Position numbers and translations under genes: made by a program. Source: Candidatus Spongiisociaceae bacterium (lineage in GTDB: Bacteria > Actinomycetota > Acidimicrobiia > Spongiisociales > Spongiisociaceae). From it: 64,000 bases of DNA. The stretch covers positions 2,720,001 through 2,784,000 of the forward strand of contig CBDCOH010000002.1 in the NCBI GenBank assembly GCA_965219685.1, read 5' to 3'. The notes under the pieces were generated by a model. It was not told the DNA's origin. It ran no database searches and was given only the letters and a program-made list of their open reading frames with translations. This document shows positions 19,222 to 29,626 of this stretch, piece after piece (within the stretch, counting starts at the first letter, position 1; each line of letters begins with the position of its first letter).

Positions 19222-20805
19222 TCAGCCTCCGAACGCGGTCCGGGCCAGGTTCACGACCGCGTCGGTGGTGGCGCCGAACACGATCCTCGGGTACACGCCG
19301 ATCGCCACGATGGCAACGATGAGGGGCGCCCACGCCAGCCACTCGTAGGTGCCGACATCGGCGAACTCGTGACCCGACCACTCTTCCTTGGGCTCGCCCA
19401 GGTTCACCCGCTGCAGCATCCACAGCATGTACCCGGCGGTGAGCACGGTGCCGACGGCGCCGATCACCATGTAGGTCTGGAACTGGTTGACGTTCAGTCC
19501 GCGCAGCGGCTGGTAGGCGCCCACCAGGGACATGAACTCGCCCCAGAAGCCCGCCAGACCGGGCAGGCCCAGGGAGGCCATGGCGGTGAACGCCAGGATG
19601 CCGCCCATCCAGGGCATCAGCTTCTGGTTGCCCCCGAGCCGGGCGATCTCCCTCGTGTGGTACCGGTGATGCAGGGACCCCGCCAGGAAGAACAGAAGCC
19701 CCGTGATCAGGCCGTGGGCCACCATGCCGATCAGCGAGGCGTTGAACCCGATATCGGTCATCGTGGCGATGCCGAGCATCACGAAGCCCATGTGGCCGAC
19801 CGAGGAGAAGGCGATGAGCCGCTTCACATCGGTCTGGGCGAGGCAGGCCAGCGAGCCGTAGATGATCCCGATCACCGCCAGCAGACCGATGAAAGGCGCC
19901 CACTGGCGGGCCATGTCGGGGAGGATCGGGATCGAGATGCGGAGGAAGGCGTAGGAACCGAGCTTCAGGAGGATGGCCGCCAGCAGGACCGAACCCACCG
20001 TCGGCGCCGCGGTGTGCGCGTCGGGCAGCCACGTGTGGAAGGGCCACATCGGCACCTTCACCGCGAAGCCCAGGAACATGGCCCCGAACACCAGGAAGGC
20101 GAAGGTCCCGCTCCCGAAGGCGTTCTCGGCCCCCAGCGCGATCAGCGCCGGGATGTCGAACGTGTTGTCGCCCAAAAAGTCACCGGAGCGGAAGTAGAGG
20201 GCCAGGAAGCCGAGGAGCATGAAAGCCGACCCGAACAGGGTGAAGATGAAGAACTTGATGGCGGCGTAGAGGCGCATCGTCACGGTGCGGCCCAGCACCG
20301 GGATCCGCCGCTCGCTGCTGTCTCCCCAGATGCCGATCATGAAGTACATCGGCAGGAGCACCAGCTCGAAGAAGATGAAGAACAGCACCAGGTCGAGCGC
20401 GACGAAGGTCCCGTTCATGCCGGTGAGCAGCAGCAGCATCAGGGCCAGGAACCCCCTGACGTTGCGCGGCTCGTCCCAGTGGTCCCAGGAGTAGACGACG
20501 GCCAGGAAGGTCACCACCGCCGATAGCACGAGGAGCGGCAGGCTGATGCCGTCCACCCCTATGTGGTAATTGGCCCCGATGGCGGGGATCCAGCTCTCGG
20601 TCACCTCGAACTGGAAGCGCTCCGCGGACCGGTAGTCGAAGGAGGCCGCCGCTAGTACCGCCAGCAGGCTGGTGGCTCCCGTAACGACCAGCGCGGTCCA
20701 CTTCTGGGCCGTCTCGTTCGCTTTGGGGAAGGCGAACAGTACCAGCGCACCTACCGCCGGCAGGAACACGATGAGGCTGAGCCCCGCGGATTCGAACCAG
20801 GCCAT
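19222..20805 (-). CDS. nuoM: NADH-quinone oxidoreductase subunit M
   Basis: GVDGISLPL, VKVPMWPFHTWLPDAH, LGLPGLAGFWGEF; start ATG 20805 after GAGGAA. Confidence 0.95.
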   Translation of the reverse strand: MAWFESAGLSLIVFLPAVGALVLFAFPKANETAQKWTALVVTGATSLLAVLAAASFDYRSAERFQFEVTESWIPAIGANYHIGVDGISLPLLVLSAVVTFLAVVYSWDHWDEPRNVRGFLALMLLLLTGMNGTFVALDLVLFFIFFELVLLPMYFMIGIWGDSSERRIPVLGRTVTMRLYAAIKFFIFTLFGSAFMLLGFLALYFRSGDFLGDNTFDIPALIALGAENAFGSGTFAFLVFGAMFLGFAVKVPMWPFHTWLPDAHTAAPTVGSVLLAAILLKLGSYAFLRISIPILPDMARQWAPFIGLLAVIGIIYGSLACLAQTDVKRLIAFSSVGHMGFVMLGIATMTDIGFNASLIGMVAHGLITGLLFFLAGSLHHRYHTREIARLGGNQKLMPWMGGILAFTAMASLGLPGLAGFWGEFMSLVGAYQPLRGLNVNQFQTYMVIGAVGTVLTAGYMLWMLQRVNLGEPKEEWSGHEFADVGTYEWLAWAPLIVAIVAIGVYPRIVFGATTDAVVNLARTAFGG

Positions 20806-20837
20806 CTCGCTCGTTCCTCCTCTTTCTGCCTTCTTGA

Positions 20838-22904
20838 TTACTGCGTGACGAGCACGAAAACGACGACGAGCAGCAGCGCTCCCACGACGAAGGCGCCTGC
20901 ATATTGCTGCACCTTGCCCGTCTGTACCAAGCCGAGCCGCTTGCCCGCTCCCCTGGTACCTCCCGCCGCCGCATTGAGCACCAGATCGATGCCCTGCTGG
21001 TCCAGCCGGCCGTAGACCAGATGGCCCAGCCAAGCGGTCACGAATCCGGCGCCGTTGACGACCGCGTCGATCACGTAGCCGTTCACCCAGTCGACACCCC
21101 GGGCGATGGGGCCCTTGATCGGGTTAACCACCCCGTTCATGTACAGGTCGTCGAGGTAGTACTTGCGGCGCAGGAGCGGGTAGAGGACCGGAACCTCCAG
21201 CCTGTCGCGAGCCGCCTGGGTGGCGGCCTCCGGCGAGAAGATCAGCCATCCCAGCACGATCCCGGCCACGGCCGCGGCCAGCCCGTAGGCCGCCAGGTCC
21301 CACTCGATGGCCGAAGGGTGGTAGTCGCCCATGGGGACGATCCGGGCGCCCAACCAATCGGTGAAGTTGCGGATCGGACCCCAGGACACGCCCGGGATGT
21401 TCAGGAGACCGGCGATGATACTGGGGATGGCCAGCGCGACCAGCGGACCGGTCATCACCCTCGGTGATTCGTGGGGGTGGCCGTGGCCCTTGTACGTCCC
21501 GAAGAAGGTCAGCGCCACCGCCCGGGTCATGTAGAAGGCGGTCACGAACGCGCCGGCGATGGCCACCCACATGAACCCGGTGTAGCCCTCGTGGCCGAGG
21601 GTGGCCAGGATCTCGTCCTTGGACCAGAACCCGGCGAACGGGATCACCCCCGCCAGCGACACCGACCCGATCACGAAGGTCCAGAAGGTGACCGGCATGT
21701 CGCGGCGCAGGCCGCCCATGTCGCTCATGTTGTTGGAGTGGACAGCATGGATGACCGAACCGGCCCCGAGGAACAGCAGGGCCTTGAAGAAGGCATGGGT
21801 GAAGAGGTGGAACAGCCCGGCCGTGTACCCGCCGGCCGCCACCGCCGCCATCATGTATCCCAACTGGGAGACCGTCGAGTAGGCCAGGACGCGCTTGAGG
21901 TCGTCGGCCACCAGGGCCAGGAAACCGAGAACGAACAGCGTGATGACCGCGATCGTCACCATCCATGGCCGCGCCTCGGTCGCCATCTCGTGGTACAGGG
22001 GAAAGGTCCGCGCCATCAGGTAGATGCCGGCCGTCACCATGGTGGCGGCGTGCATGAGGGCCGAGACGGGGGTGGGACCGGCCATGGCGTCGGGCAGCCA
22101 GACATGGAGCGGGAACTGGGCGGACTTGCCCATCGCTCCGAAGAACAGGAGCAGACCGCCTGCAAGCGCTACCGCTCCGAGGGTGTTGGCGTGCGCGGCG
22201 GCCGCCTCGTTTAGGGCCGAGAAGCGGAAGGACCCAAGGGCGGTTCCCAGCAGGATGGTCCCGAGAACCAGGCCCACGTCGGCCACCTTGTTGGTCAGGA
22301 AGGCCTTGACGGCTGCGTCGCTGTTCTCCTTGTGTTCCCAGTAGTGACCGATGAGCAGGTAGCTGGCCAGGCCCACCCCCTCCCAGCCGATGATCAGCTG
22401 GATCAGGTTGGGCGCCCCGACCAGCACGAGCATCGACCCGGCGAAGAGCGACAGGGAGGCGAAGAACCACGGGACCCGGACATCACCCTGCATGTAGCCC
22501 ACCGCGTAGACGAAGACCAGGAAGCCCACGAAGGCCACCACCCAGTACATCATGATCGACAACCCGTCCACCACGAAGCCCAACTCGTACGACAGGCGGT
22601 GGCCGGCGATGGTCCCGATCTCCCCGATGGTCAGGTTCACCTCGCGATAGATCCCCCCGACCATGTTCTGGACGAACAGAACCGAAGCCCACACCAGGTT
22701 GATGCCCATCGCGCCGACCGCCAACTCGGAACCCTGGCCCTTCATGCGCTTGCCCACCAGCACGATCGCCAGGAAGGCCACGAACGGGAGCACCAGCATG
22801 ATCCAGGCCGTGCCGGCGAAGAACCCGCCGGAAGAGAGTTCCGCGGCTTTGCCCTCGGTCTCGGCGGCCAGGACCAGAGGAGCGGAGGCGATCGGGCTCA
22901 ACAC
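20838..22904 (-). CDS. nuoL: NADH-quinone oxidoreductase subunit L
   Basis: GKSAQFPLHVWLPDAMAGPTPVSA, HAFFKALLFL, FWSKDEIL. Confidence 0.95.
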   Translation of the reverse strand: MLSPIASAPLVLAAETEGKAAELSSGGFFAGTAWIMLVLPFVAFLAIVLVGKRMKGQGSELAVGAMGINLVWASVLFVQNMVGGIYREVNLTIGEIGTIAGHRLSYELGFVVDGLSIMMYWVVAFVGFLVFVYAVGYMQGDVRVPWFFASLSLFAGSMLVLVGAPNLIQLIIGWEGVGLASYLLIGHYWEHKENSDAAVKAFLTNKVADVGLVLGTILLGTALGSFRFSALNEAAAAHANTLGAVALAGGLLLFFGAMGKSAQFPLHVWLPDAMAGPTPVSALMHAATMVTAGIYLMARTFPLYHEMATEARPWMVTIAVITLFVLGFLALVADDLKRVLAYSTVSQLGYMMAAVAAGGYTAGLFHLFTHAFFKALLFLGAGSVIHAVHSNNMSDMGGLRRDMPVTFWTFVIGSVSLAGVIPFAGFWSKDEILATLGHEGYTGFMWVAIAGAFVTAFYMTRAVALTFFGTYKGHGHPHESPRVMTGPLVALAIPSIIAGLLNIPGVSWGPIRNFTDWLGARIVPMGDYHPSAIEWDLAAYGLAAAVAGIVLGWLIFSPEAATQAARDRLEVPVLYPLLRRKYYLDDLYMNGVVNPIKGPIARGVDWVNGYVIDAVVNGAGFVTAWLGHLVYGRLDQQGIDLVLNAAAGGTRGAGKRLGLVQTGKVQQYAGAFVVGALLLVVVFVLVTQ

Positions 22905-22911
22905 AGGATGC

Positions 22912-23217
22912 TCACCACCTCATCAGGTCCAGTTCGTCGATGTTGCTGGAAGCGCGGTTGCGGAACACCAGCAGGATTATGGCCAGGCCGATCCCCACCT
23001 CGGCGGCGGCGATGGTGATCACGAAGATGGCGAAGATCTGCCCGTGGGCGGCCGCCGTGTTCCAGAAGGCTTCGAAGGCCACCAGGTTGATGTTGACCGC
23101 CGCCAGCATCAGTTCCACCGCCAGCAGCACGGTGACCGCGTTGCGGCGGGAGAGCAGCCCGTAGATACCGATCGAGAACAGGATCGCCCCGAGGACCAGG
23201 AACTGGGTGAGGATCAT
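22912..23217 (-). CDS. nuoK: NADH-quinone oxidoreductase subunit K
   Basis: RRN...ELML...[10 protein letters not shown]. Confidence 0.95.
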   Translation of the reverse strand: MILTQFLVLGAILFSIGIYGLLSRRNAVTVLLAVELMLAAVNINLVAFEAFWNTAAAHGQIFAIFVITIAAAEVGIGLAIILLVFRNRASSNIDELDLMRW

Positions 23218-23230
23218 CGGGGCTGTTCCC

Positions 23231-23797
23231 TCATACGCGTTGCCCCTCTTCCTCCTCGAGCGGGGTGAGGTCCTTGCGGGCCAGGGTCACTCCACCGATC
23301 AGGGCCGCCAGGAGGACGAAACCCACTGCCTCGAACGGGATCAGGTAACGGTTGATGAAGCCTTCTCCGAGCACGCCGGTAGCCGTGGCGACGCCCACCG
23401 CGGGGAGCGGTTCCCCGAAACCTGCCACCTCCTCGGAAACGGCGATGATCAACCAGAGTGTCACTGCCAGCACGGCTACGGAGGCCAGGGCCGCCGGCCA
23501 CCTGGTGTCGTGGCTCAGGTTGGTCTCCCGGCCGATCGGAGCCCTGGTAATCATGATGCCGAACAGGAACAGGACGATCACCGCGCCGATGTAGACCAGC
23601 ACCAGCACCCAGGCCACGAACTCGGCGGACAGGAGGATGAACAGGCCGGCGGAGGCGGCCAGGGCCAGGACCAGGAAGAGGGCGGCATGCACCACGTTGC
23701 GGCTCGTGACAACCCGCAGCGCCGCCACCACCATCGGCACCGCCATCGCCAGGAAGGCCCAGTTGACGGGCTCGGCGATCCAGTCCGCGAAGGTCAT
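23231..23797 (-). CDS. nuoJ: NADH-quinone oxidoreductase subunit J
   Basis: [22 protein letters not shown]. Confidence 0.93.
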   Translation of the reverse strand: MTFADWIAEPVNWAFLAMAVPMVVAALRVVTSRNVVHAALFLVLALAASAGLFILLSAEFVAWVLVLVYIGAVIVLFLFGIMITRAPIGRETNLSHDTRWPAALASVAVLAVTLWLIIAVSEEVAGFGEPLPAVGVATATGVLGEGFINRYLIPFEAVGFVLLAALIGGVTLARKDLTPLEEEEGQRV

Positions 23798-23834
23798 CCC
23801 GTCCTCTCCCGGACGTCTCCTGCCGGACCGGGGT

Positions 23835-24356
23835 TCATGACTGCGCTCCCAGGCCCGGGGGGACGGTCGGCATCCAATCCTGGAGCCGGTCCATGTCGTG
23901 CATCATCGGTCCCATGTCGTACTCGGAGTACTCGTACTCGGGGGTCCAGAAGAGAGCGTCGAACGGACAGACCTCCACGCATATCCCGCAGTACATGCAC
24001 AGCGCGTAGTCGATGTCGAAGCGGTCGAGGGTGGCCCTGGCCCGGGGGCGCCCGCCGGGGCGAGTGGGTGGCTTCATCTCCTTGTGCCCCTCGATGTAGA
24101 TGCACCAGTCGGGACAGGACCGGGCGCACAGCATGCACACGGTGCAGGCCTCCTGCTCGAGCGCTATCACGCCTCTCGCTCTCGGAACCGGCGTCTCCTT
24201 GATCTTCGGGTAGTTGACCGTCGCCCGCAGGCCCACCCTGCCACCGCTCAGGTTGAATGCCCAGGTACGCAGCATGGTCGTGAACGTGACCCTCATACCG
24301 GTCAGCATCCCGAGCTTGGGAACCTCCCGAAGGTTGGGCAGAGCGGGAAGTTTCAT
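23835..24356 (-). CDS. nuoI: NADH-quinone oxidoreductase subunit I (2x4Fe-4S)
   Basis: CTVCMLCARSCP and CMYCGICVEVCP. Confidence 0.95.
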   Translation of the reverse strand: MKLPALPNLREVPKLGMLTGMRVTFTTMLRTWAFNLSGGRVGLRATVNYPKIKETPVPRARGVIALEQEACTVCMLCARSCPDWCIYIEGHKEMKPPTRPGGRPRARATLDRFDIDYALCMYCGICVEVCPFDALFWTPEYEYSEYDMGPMMHDMDRLQDWMPTVPPGLGAQS

Positions 24357-25364
24357 CTAGACCACCACCTTTAGGACCGCCGTGACGATGATGTTGAGGA
24401 TCGAGATCGGGATCAGCCACTTCCAGGCCAGCGTCTGGAGCTGGTCCTCGCGGAGCCTGGGAAGGGTCCAGCGGAGCCAGATCATCAGGAACACCAGCGC
24501 TCCCACCTTGGCGAAGACGATCAGCGGGGACAGCAGGCTGTCGGTGGGGATCCCCCAGAGGCCGTATCCGCCCAGGAAAAGCGTCACAGCGATGGCCGAC
24601 ATCGTGAACATGTTGGCGAACTCGGCCAGGAAGAAGAACAGGAAGCGGAACCCGGAGTACTCGGTGACGTAACCCATTACCAGCTCCGACTCGGCGATCG
24701 GCATGTCGAAGGGGAGCCGGGTCAACTCGGCGAGCGCGGCGATCATGAATATGACCAGACCGACGAACTGGGTCAACAGGAAGGGCCAGCCTTGGGAGAC
24801 CTGCGCTTGGACGATCCCCTGCATCGACATCGTGCCCGCCTGGATGACCACTCCTACCGTGGCGAGGACCAGTGGCAACTCGTATGCGATGAGCTGCCCC
24901 GCGGCGCGCAGGCCTCCGATCATGGAGTACTTGTTGGCGGACGACCAGCCGGCCATGAGCACGCCGATCGTTCCGACCGACGAGATGGCGAGGGCGTAGA
25001 AGATCCCTAGATCGAGGTCGCGGACGATCCCGTAACGGGACGGATGGAGCGGAATGACAACGAACAGGGCCATGGTCCCCAGGAGCACGAGAGCCGGCGC
25101 CCACTTGAACACGGGACGGTCGGCCTCGGCGGGGACTATGTCCTCCTTCTGGATGAACTTGACGCCGTCGGCGATGAGCTGCGCCCACCCGTAGCGGCCA
25201 CCTGCGAAGTAGGGTCCCACCCGGCTCTGCATGTGGGCCGACAGCTTCATCTCGGCGTAGCCGATCACCATCCCGATGGCAGGTACGGCCGCAGCGACCA
25301 CCGCCAGCTTGATCCCAAGCTCAAGCCAGAAGACCAGCGCCAGCGTCATCGGGCCAGGAGTCAT
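24357..25364 (-). CDS. nuoH: NADH-quinone oxidoreductase subunit H
   Basis: MQSRVGP, ADGVKFIQKED, RLPFDMPIAESEL..GY.TEYSG, PRLREDQL. Confidence 0.95.
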   Translation of the reverse strand: MTPGPMTLALVFWLELGIKLAVVAAAVPAIGMVIGYAEMKLSAHMQSRVGPYFAGGRYGWAQLIADGVKFIQKEDIVPAEADRPVFKWAPALVLLGTMALFVVIPLHPSRYGIVRDLDLGIFYALAISSVGTIGVLMAGWSSANKYSMIGGLRAAGQLIAYELPLVLATVGVVIQAGTMSMQGIVQAQVSQGWPFLLTQFVGLVIFMIAALAELTRLPFDMPIAESELVMGYVTEYSGFRFLFFFLAEFANMFTMSAIAVTLFLGGYGLWGIPTDSLLSPLIVFAKVGALVFLMIWLRWTLPRLREDQLQTLAWKWLIPISILNIIVTAVLKVVV

Positions 25365-26545
25365 CGGTCGACGTCTCCCAGCACGAAATCGAGGGAGCCC
25401 ATGATGGCGATGAAGTCGGGAACGAGGGCGCCATCCAGTATCCAGGGGAGGATGGACAGGTTGGAGAAGGAGGCCGAGCGGATCTTCAGCCGGTAGGGTC
25501 CGAGACCGCCGAGCGAAACCAGGTGGTAACCCATCTCGCCCTTGGGGTTCTCGGCCCGCACGTAGGTCTCCCCCGCCGGCACCTTGATGATGCGGGGCAC
25601 CTTTGCCTGCAACGGACCCGACGGGATGCCGTCGATGGCCTGGCGGATGATCCGGGCCGACTGGCGGATCTCCTCCAGGCGCACCCACCACCGGTCCCAG
25701 CAGTCTCCGTTCTCCCCGACGGGGATGTCGAAGTCGAAGTTGTCGTAAGGGAGGTAGTCCGACACCTTGCGCAGGTCGAAGGCGCATCCCGAGGCGCGCA
25801 GGTTGGGACCGGACACACCGTAGGAGGCGCCCACATCCACGGGCATGATCCCTACACCCTTGGTGCGGGCCAGGAACACCTCGTTTCCCGCCACCAGTCG
25901 CTCGAGCTCGTCGCAGGTGTCCTCCACCTTGCCCATCGCGTCGCGCGTCTCGGCGAGGAAACCGGAGGGGATGTCCATCCCCGCCCTCTTGGTCGTGGGC
26001 CCCGCCGCGTAGACCGGCTTGACCCCGCCGATCCGGTTGAAGTTGGGATGGAACCGGCCCCCGGTGACCGACTCGAGCAGATCCAGCACCCGTTCCCGCT
26101 CCCTCAGCGCGAAGAAGAGCGGGGTGGCGGCGCCCAACTCCAACGGGTACGAGGCCATGAACACCAGGTGGGACGATATGCGGGCCATCTCCGTGAGCAC
26201 CAGCCTGATCCACTGCGCCCGATCCGGCGCCTCCACCCCCATGAGCCGTTCGGCCGCCACGATGAAGGGAACCTCGTTGGCGAACCCGGAAACCCAGTCG
26301 ATCCGGTTGATGATCGTGGTGATCTGCGGGTAGGTACGCACCTCGGAGAGCTTCTCGTAGCCGCGGTGCATGTACCCGATGACCGGGCGGACGTTGGTCG
26401 CCCGCTCCCCGTCGACCGTGGCCACCAGGCGGAGCACGCCATGGGTCGAGGGGTGCTGGGGACCGATGTTGAGGGTCATCCCCTCGGTCTCGAGTTCCAC
26501 CGAGACCGCAACCTCGGAGAGGTGGTGTGCCAGCGTTCGGTCCAT
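25361..26545 (-). CDS. nuoD: NADH-quinone oxidoreductase subunit D
   Basis: NIGPQHPSTHGVLRL, GYMHRGYEK, C-terminal GDVDR; no Ni-binding CxxC. Confidence 0.95.
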   Translation of the reverse strand: MDRTLAHHLSEVAVSVELETEGMTLNIGPQHPSTHGVLRLVATVDGERATNVRPVIGYMHRGYEKLSEVRTYPQITTIINRIDWVSGFANEVPFIVAAERLMGVEAPDRAQWIRLVLTEMARISSHLVFMASYPLELGAATPLFFALRERERVLDLLESVTGGRFHPNFNRIGGVKPVYAAGPTTKRAGMDIPSGFLAETRDAMGKVEDTCDELERLVAGNEVFLARTKGVGIMPVDVGASYGVSGPNLRASGCAFDLRKVSDYLPYDNFDFDIPVGENGDCWDRWWVRLEEIRQSARIIRQAIDGIPSGPLQAKVPRIIKVPAGETYVRAENPKGEMGYHLVSLGGLGPYRLKIRSASFSNLSILPWILDGALVPDFIAIMGSLDFVLGDVDR

Positions 26546-26585
26546 CAGCGGTTTGCCTGGGAAACGGCGTCGTGAAGGCGGACCA

Positions 26586-27185
26586 TCACGTTCCCGGGTT
26601 CTCGGTGCTGGGCGCGCCGTTCTCGGGCATATCCTCGACGTCCACCTTGCCGGGCCAGGGCTTCACCTCCCGGCTGAGCAGCGGGTAGCTCTTCCGCAGC
26701 GGAAACCCCTCGAACGCGTCCGGAAGGTAGAGCTTGATGAGATCGGGATGGCCGACGAAGTCGATCCCGAACATCTCCGCTGCTTCCCGCTCGTGCCAGT
26801 TGGCCCCGGCGTACACATCGGTGACGCTGTCGATCGACGGGGCGTCGTGTTCCACATCGGTCGAGATCACCACCAGGTCTCCGTCGGTGAGGTCGGAGAT
26901 CGCGCACAGCAACTCGTAACGCTCCGCCACCGGCTCATCGTGCCCGTCGCCCACCGCCACGTCGTTCGACCAGTCGATTGCGGAGAGCCACGACAGGAAC
27001 ACCAGCCCCAAATCGTCCCTGGCGACGGTCAGCGCCTCTCTCCATGCATCGGGAGACACCCGTACCTTGGCAGTACCGTGCGCCACATCGGCGTGACCAC
27101 CCACCGCGGACGCCACGGACTCCGCGAACGCGCCGAGCGGGTCGGTCGATCCGGGTGCGGTGGACTCAGACTGGTTGGCGGTCAC
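26586..27185 (-). CDS. nuoC: NADH-quinone oxidoreductase subunit C
   Basis: [26 protein letters not shown]; start codon uncertain. Confidence 0.93.
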   Translation of the reverse strand: MTANQSESTAPGSTDPLGAFAESVASAVGGHADVAHGTAKVRVSPDAWREALTVARDDLGLVFLSWLSAIDWSNDVAVGDGHDEPVAERYELLCAISDLTDGDLVVISTDVEHDAPSIDSVTDVYAGANWHEREAAEMFGIDFVGHPDLIKLYLPDAFEGFPLRKSYPLLSREVKPWPGKVDVEDMPENGAPSTENPGT

Positions 27186-27666
27186 GCTGCTTCCACTTCT
27201 CGCGGACATCTTCCTGGCTGATTTTCTCCTGCAGCAGGACGATCCCGTCCATCAGGGCCTCCGGACGGGGTGGGCAGCCCGGTACGTAGACATCCACCGG
27301 GATGATCTGGTCGACTCCCTTGGTCACCGAGTAGGAGTCCCAGTACGGCCCCCCGCAGTTGGAACAGGAGCCCATCGAGATCACGTACTTGGGCTCGGGC
27401 ATCTGCTCGTACAGCCGCTTGACGGCCGGAGCCATCTTGTCGGTCACGGTCCCCGCCACCACCATCAGATCCGCCTGCCGTGGTGAGGCGGGCAGGGGGA
27501 TGATGCCGAAGCGCATGAAGTCGTATCGGGGACCGGACGCGGCCATCATCTCGATGGCACAGCAGGCGAGTCCGAACTGGAACAGCCACAGCGAGTACCG
27601 ACGCGACCAGTTCAGGAGCCACGAGACCGGCTTGAGCCCGCCGAACCGCTCGGCGACTACGCCCAC
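27166..27666 (-). CDS. nuoB: NADH-quinone oxidoreductase subunit B
   Basis: [28 protein letters not shown]. Confidence 0.95.
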   Translation of the reverse strand: MGVVAERFGGLKPVSWLLNWSRRYSLWLFQFGLACCAIEMMAASGPRYDFMRFGIIPLPASPRQADLMVVAGTVTDKMAPAVKRLYEQMPEPKYVISMGSCSNCGGPYWDSYSVTKGVDQIIPVDVYVPGCPPRPEALMDGIVLLQEKISQEDVREKWKQRDRQPV

Positions 27667-27682
27667 GACCGCGCCTCCGTCC

Positions 27683-28048
27683 TCACTCCCACTTCAGCAC
27701 CCCCTTGCGCACCGCGTAGAGAAGCCCTTCGAGCAGGGTGAGGATGAAGATGATGACGGCGATCACCCCCGGCAGGCCGAGATCCTCCGCAACGATCGCC
27801 CACGGGAAGATGAACACCGCCTCCACGTCGAACAGAACGAACAGCAACCCGAATATGTAGTAGCGGACGAAGGTCTGGTTCCACCCGTCGCCCACCGGAT
27901 CGACGCCGCACTCGTAGGTGGACATCTTCTCCTTGCCCGGGTTGGAGGGTCGCACGAGGTAGGTGATCCCGAGCGTGAGAGCCACCAGGACGACACCGAA
28001 AGCGGCGAAGGCAGCCACCGCGATGTAGTCCTGGAAGTATTCGCTCAC
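27683..28048 (-). CDS. nuoA: NADH-quinone oxidoreductase subunit A
   Basis: [25 protein letters not shown]. Confidence 0.95.
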   Translation of the reverse strand: MSEYFQDYIAVAAFAAFGVVLVALTLGITYLVRPSNPGKEKMSTYECGVDPVGDGWNQTFVRYYIFGLLFVLFDVEAVFIFPWAIVAEDLGLPGVIAVIIFILTLLEGLLYAVRKGVLKWE

Positions 28049-28281
28049 GATCGCTCCGCTGTCGCTCGCCGCTTGCCTGGTAGGGCCGCCGGGACGTGGG
28101 CTCCGATCCGTCCCGTGCGGGCCGCGTCGGGACACACTCCTGCATCTGCCGAACCCTGGCGAGTATAGGTGCCAACCCCGTCCCCATGAATTCGGCCGGT
28201 GCTCCGCCCGGGTCCGCGGAGCAGGCGCTGCGGCGCGGCGACCGAACGGGATTCCACAGGCACGCCGCTACCGTTCGGCCG

Positions 28282-29406
28282 GTGACCATCCCCTCCGATC
28301 TCCTGGCTCCCGACTACTCGGGGGGATCCCTCAACAACCTGGTCGCCGAGTTGGAATGGCGCCTGGCCGGGTCCGCGCCCTCCCCCCGGCTCCGCACCGA
28401 CGTAGCGGATTGCATTCCAACCGCAGCCACCTACATCCTCTTCCTGATCGACGGGCTCGGCGTGCATCAACTCCGCCATCCGGCCGCAGGAGGGCTCGCG
28501 TCCTCGCATCGGGGGACTATCCACGCCCCCTTCCCGACCACCACGACCGTGAGCCTGGCGTGTGTCGCCACCGGCCTTCCTCCGGCTCGGCATGGCTTCA
28601 TCGGACACTTCCTCCTTCTCGACGGCCATCCTCGCCCCGTCAACGGGCTCAGGTGGATCGACACCGCCGGCCGCCCGGTTGGGTCCTACGCTGCGGGCCT
28701 CCTCCCGGCCCCCAACCTGTGGGAGCGGCTCGGCGCGGCCGGCGTCGAGGCGGTCACCGTCCAGCCGGACGCCTTCGCCGGAACCCCCCTGACAAAATCC
28801 CTCTACCGGGGTTGCCGGTTCGAGGGGGTGACGGGGACCGACGAACTGGTGCGGGCTGCGGTCGAGCTTGCCCGGGTGCCCGGGCGGCTCCTCTTCGTCT
28901 ACTACCACCTAGTCGACGTAGCGGCCCATATGCAGGGCCCGTCGAGCCGCGCCTACGCGCATGCGCTGGCCGATGCTTCCAACGCCTGGGATCGCATCGC
29001 GGCCCGCCTCCCCAGCCACGTCGCCATGATCGGGACCGCGGATCACGGGGTGCTCTCGATTCCAGAACCGGGGAAGCTCCGGCTGCGCAGCCGGGACACA
29101 CCGGGCCTGACCCTCTTCGGCGACCCCCGGTCCCTCTACGTCACCGGGCCCCGTGAGCGGATAGAGGACTTGGGCCGGTGCCTGCCCGCCACTTGGCACC
29201 CGCTCGAAGCGCTTGCATTGCTGTGGGGCGCCGGATCAGACCTCGGAACGAGGGTCCAACCGAGTCGTGTACGCAAACCGAGCGGCGCGTTCCTCGCTGA
29301 CCGTGGTCGCGTGCTTCTCCCCGGCCATATGGATACGCGCCTGGTCGGCTACCACGGGGGCCTGGAACCGGAAGAGGTGGAAATACCCATCCTACTTTCC
29401 GGATGA
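28282..29406 (+). CDS. alkaline-phosphatase-superfamily nucleotide pyrophosphatase/phosphodiesterase
   Basis: LIDGLG, FPTTT nucleophile, DxxxH, TADHG, GYHGG. Confidence 0.85.
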   Translation: MTIPSDLLAPDYSGGSLNNLVAELEWRLAGSAPSPRLRTDVADCIPTAATYILFLIDGLGVHQLRHPAAGGLASSHRGTIHAPFPTTTTVSLACVATGLPPARHGFIGHFLLLDGHPRPVNGLRWIDTAGRPVGSYAAGLLPAPNLWERLGAAGVEAVTVQPDAFAGTPLTKSLYRGCRFEGVTGTDELVRAAVELARVPGRLLFVYYHLVDVAAHMQGPSSRAYAHALADASNAWDRIAARLPSHVAMIGTADHGVLSIPEPGKLRLRSRDTPGLTLFGDPRSLYVTGPRERIEDLGRCLPATWHPLEALALLWGAGSDLGTRVQPSRVRKPSGAFLADRGRVLLPGHMDTRLVGYHGGLEPEEVEIPILLSG

Positions 29407-29626
29407 GCAACCCGGCGCCGGGTTCCGGCCTCTCAGCAGTCCATCTGGCTGCCTCCTGGAGACCGGCACGCACCGCCACCCGCGGCGGCTGATCACGAGG
29501 TGCACGAACCACGCACGGCTTCCGGTGTGAAGCCGGTGCGGTACTCGGGGTCGCCCGCCGGATCGGCCCTTTCACGGCGGACTCTGTCCAGGTTCTCCGA
29601 TATAGGGAACCACGTGTATATGGGTG

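Noticed and set aside
25361-27666. Group 4 NiFe hydrogenase
   Set aside because: The large subunit lacks both CxxC motifs and the small subunit has the tandem CC of NuoB
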